Positions 33,652-35,496 of a DNA stretch of 35,496 bases are shown here, piece by piece. The notes beneath the pieces are model-generated. The model had not been told where the DNA came from. It was given only the letters and a program-made list of their open reading frames with translations, and made no database searches. The DNA is from Psammoneis japonica (taxonomy: Eukaryota): NCBI GenBank assembly GCA_008632985.1, contig QPGO01000172.1, positions 124,001 through 159,496 on the forward strand, read 5' to 3'. Every line of letters begins with the position of its first letter. Within the stretch, counting starts at the first letter, position 1. Position numbers and translations under genes: made by a program.

Positions 33652-35118
33652 ATGGCCAAGGATTCCAAGCCACAGAGCAAGCCACGGAGAAAGAAGAAGA
33701 CTAAAAAGGAGAGAGAAACGGCTGCGGAGATTGCCCGGGTAAAGAAGAATGCGACGCAAACGCGATACAGAGAGAGAGTGAAGGAAAAAAAAGAGGCGGC
33801 GGCCATGGCTGCTGCGCACGCCGCTATCTACGGACACTCTCAACGCCCTGCTGGTGGCGGGCGGCCGCCGGCTTTTCCAGTCTCTGCTCCTCGACCGGCA
33901 ATCGCCGCTGTCCATGGACACTCTCAACGCCCTGCTGGTGACGGGCGGCCTCCGGCTTTTCCAGTCTCTGCTCCTCAGCCGGCAATCGCCGTTCATGACG
34001 GATATTATCCACTCCCCGCTGGTGGTGGGTGGCCTCCCGCTTCGCAGTTCCACGCTCCTCACAATCATTATGGATTTTCTCCACTCCCCGCTGGTGGTGG
34101 GTGGCCTCCCGCTTCGCAGTTCCACGCTCCTCACAATCATTACGGATATTCTCCACTCCCCGCTGGTGGTTGGTGGCCTCCCGCTTCGCAGTTCTATGAA
34201 CCTCGACTGCCTTTGAACAATCAATCAGCGCGGCCTGGTACTGTGGGAAACAACGTGGCGACAATTGTTGAGAGCGCGACTACCGAGACGCCTCCGGTTC
34301 TACCGTCACATTCGGCGGCGACTGTTGAGAGCAAGACAACCAAGAAGGTTCAAGAGTCATCCGAGAGGGAGCAGCTTGTCGAAAAGACCAAGACAGTAGA
34401 TGTGGCCAATGACCGTGAGAAAGCTGTGCACTCGAAGCTCTTTGACGAGAGTGAAACGTTGCAGTTTGGGGAAAAAACAGGACTATTAAAAACGCTTGCT
34501 GAAGTAAAAGGGTTGACTGTCTTAGTGCATGGCTTGTTGGAATTCAAGGCTGACCGTTCCATTTATCTTGTGGGAACTCACTTGGAGTTGATAGGAGCAG
34601 ACATTCGATTGCCCGCAGTGGATTTGATTTGGGTTCGAAAACCGCATCGTCTTGATAATTGTCTCACGGAGATTGTCGATTCGGACGTTCAGAATGAAAA
34701 TCACCCGTTTGCAACTATGGGTATGGAATGGTACGATGTCAAGACAACCTTGGAGGAGTACCAAGGACGAATCAAAATTTTGCGTGCGTTGGAGAAATTG
34801 GAAGAGTTGCCGGTAAACTGCGACGAGAAATGGAGACGCAGCAACAGCAATTTGATGCTCGCACCTAGCGTAAATGCAGCTCGAATTGTAAGAGTTGTTC
34901 GTGTTATTGACACGCACGGCATTTTTGTCGACAGCAAGAAACTTCTGGAATCCCTTCATAATGGTGTAAATCGACAACTGTATCCAGTGTTTGGTGTCTT
35001 TTTGAACGGTGTCTATCATCGTCATCGCGGCGAGCTCCCTGTTGCAAGCCACACGAGCACGTCCAAGAACCAAAATGCTGTGCGACCTGAGGGGAAAGAT
35101 GGCGATAATGGCTCATAA
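33652..35118 (+). CDS. 488-aa hypothetical protein with a basic N-terminus, Pro/Gly-rich repeats and a globular-looking C-terminus
   Basis: Single long ORF in normal-composition DNA. K/R-rich NLS-like start; 84-nt repeat x2 (33832, 33916) and 72-nt repeat x~2.7 (34009, 34081, 34153). Confidence 0.75.
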   Translation: MAKDSKPQSKPRRKKKTKKERETAAEIARVKKNATQTRYRERVKEKKEAAAMAAAHAAIYGHSQRPAGGGRPPAFPVSAPRPAIAAVHGHSQRPAGDGRPPAFPVSAPQPAIAVHDGYYPLPAGGGWPPASQFHAPHNHYGFSPLPAGGGWPPASQFHAPHNHYGYSPLPAGGWWPPASQFYEPRLPLNNQSARPGTVGNNVATIVESATTETPPVLPSHSAATVESKTTKKVQESSEREQLVEKTKTVDVANDREKAVHSKLFDESETLQFGEKTGLLKTLAEVKGLTVLVHGLLEFKADRSIYLVGTHLELIGADIRLPAVDLIWVRKPHRLDNCLTEIVDSDVQNENHPFATMGMEWYDVKTTLEEYQGRIKILRALEKLEELPVNCDEKWRRSNSNLMLAPSVNAARIVRVVRVIDTHGIFVDSKKLLESLHNGVNRQLYPVFGVFLNGVYHRHRGELPVASHTSTSKNQNAVRPEGKDGDNGS

Positions 35119-35496
35119 ATCTAGAAATACCAATAACGCCATTATAAACGGCACAAGTCTAATAAATTTTGACAGCATCATAAGTAGCAACAATACGGTT
35201 GTGAGACTAGGGTCTATTGATAGTGCTGCAGCAGTATACCGTACGACAGTTGGTTCGAAATAGTGCACAAGAGCAACAGTATTAAAAGTATTATCAAATG
35301 CTAGCTGCAGTACATTTGTCTCAGCCGCGCGGCTTCGTCATCGGTGTGAAGTCAAAGCTGTAACGGCCTTGCATAAAGCCTCGCCAAACTCAAAGGCTTC
35401 TTTCACTGATCGACGAGGAAGCTTGATAAAGTACAGAGGGTGCAAGGTCGGGAACAAGGCGTTTGTATTCTTTCAGAGCCTTTTTAAACACTGCAC

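Overview
Eukaryotic genomic DNA, most likely from a diatom or related stramenopile alga. The evidence is short GT-AG introns and several genes with signal peptide + F/W ('ASAF'-type) bipartite plastid presequences. Intact-looking genes include a SOUL heme-binding protein, a carotenoid oxygenase and several hypothetical proteins. Decayed sequences include a Yak1/DYRK kinase fragment, a RAG1/Transib/Chapaev-like transposase remnant, a CCCH-finger pseudogene and a partial gene duplicate. The outstanding feature is two sharply bounded domains (~1-7580 and ~19430-23580) from which the dinucleotide TpA has been almost completely erased, with TA-free runs of 0.7-1.5 kb and abundant TG/CA. A DUF1769-like pseudogene in the first domain has Cys (TGC/TGT) or His (CAC) where Tyr is expected. 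This points to TpA->TpG/CpA change, the reverse of fungal RIP, and suggests a region-targeted hypermutation process. Family assignments are from motif recognition by eye and dinucleotide counts are manual; both need computational confirmation.
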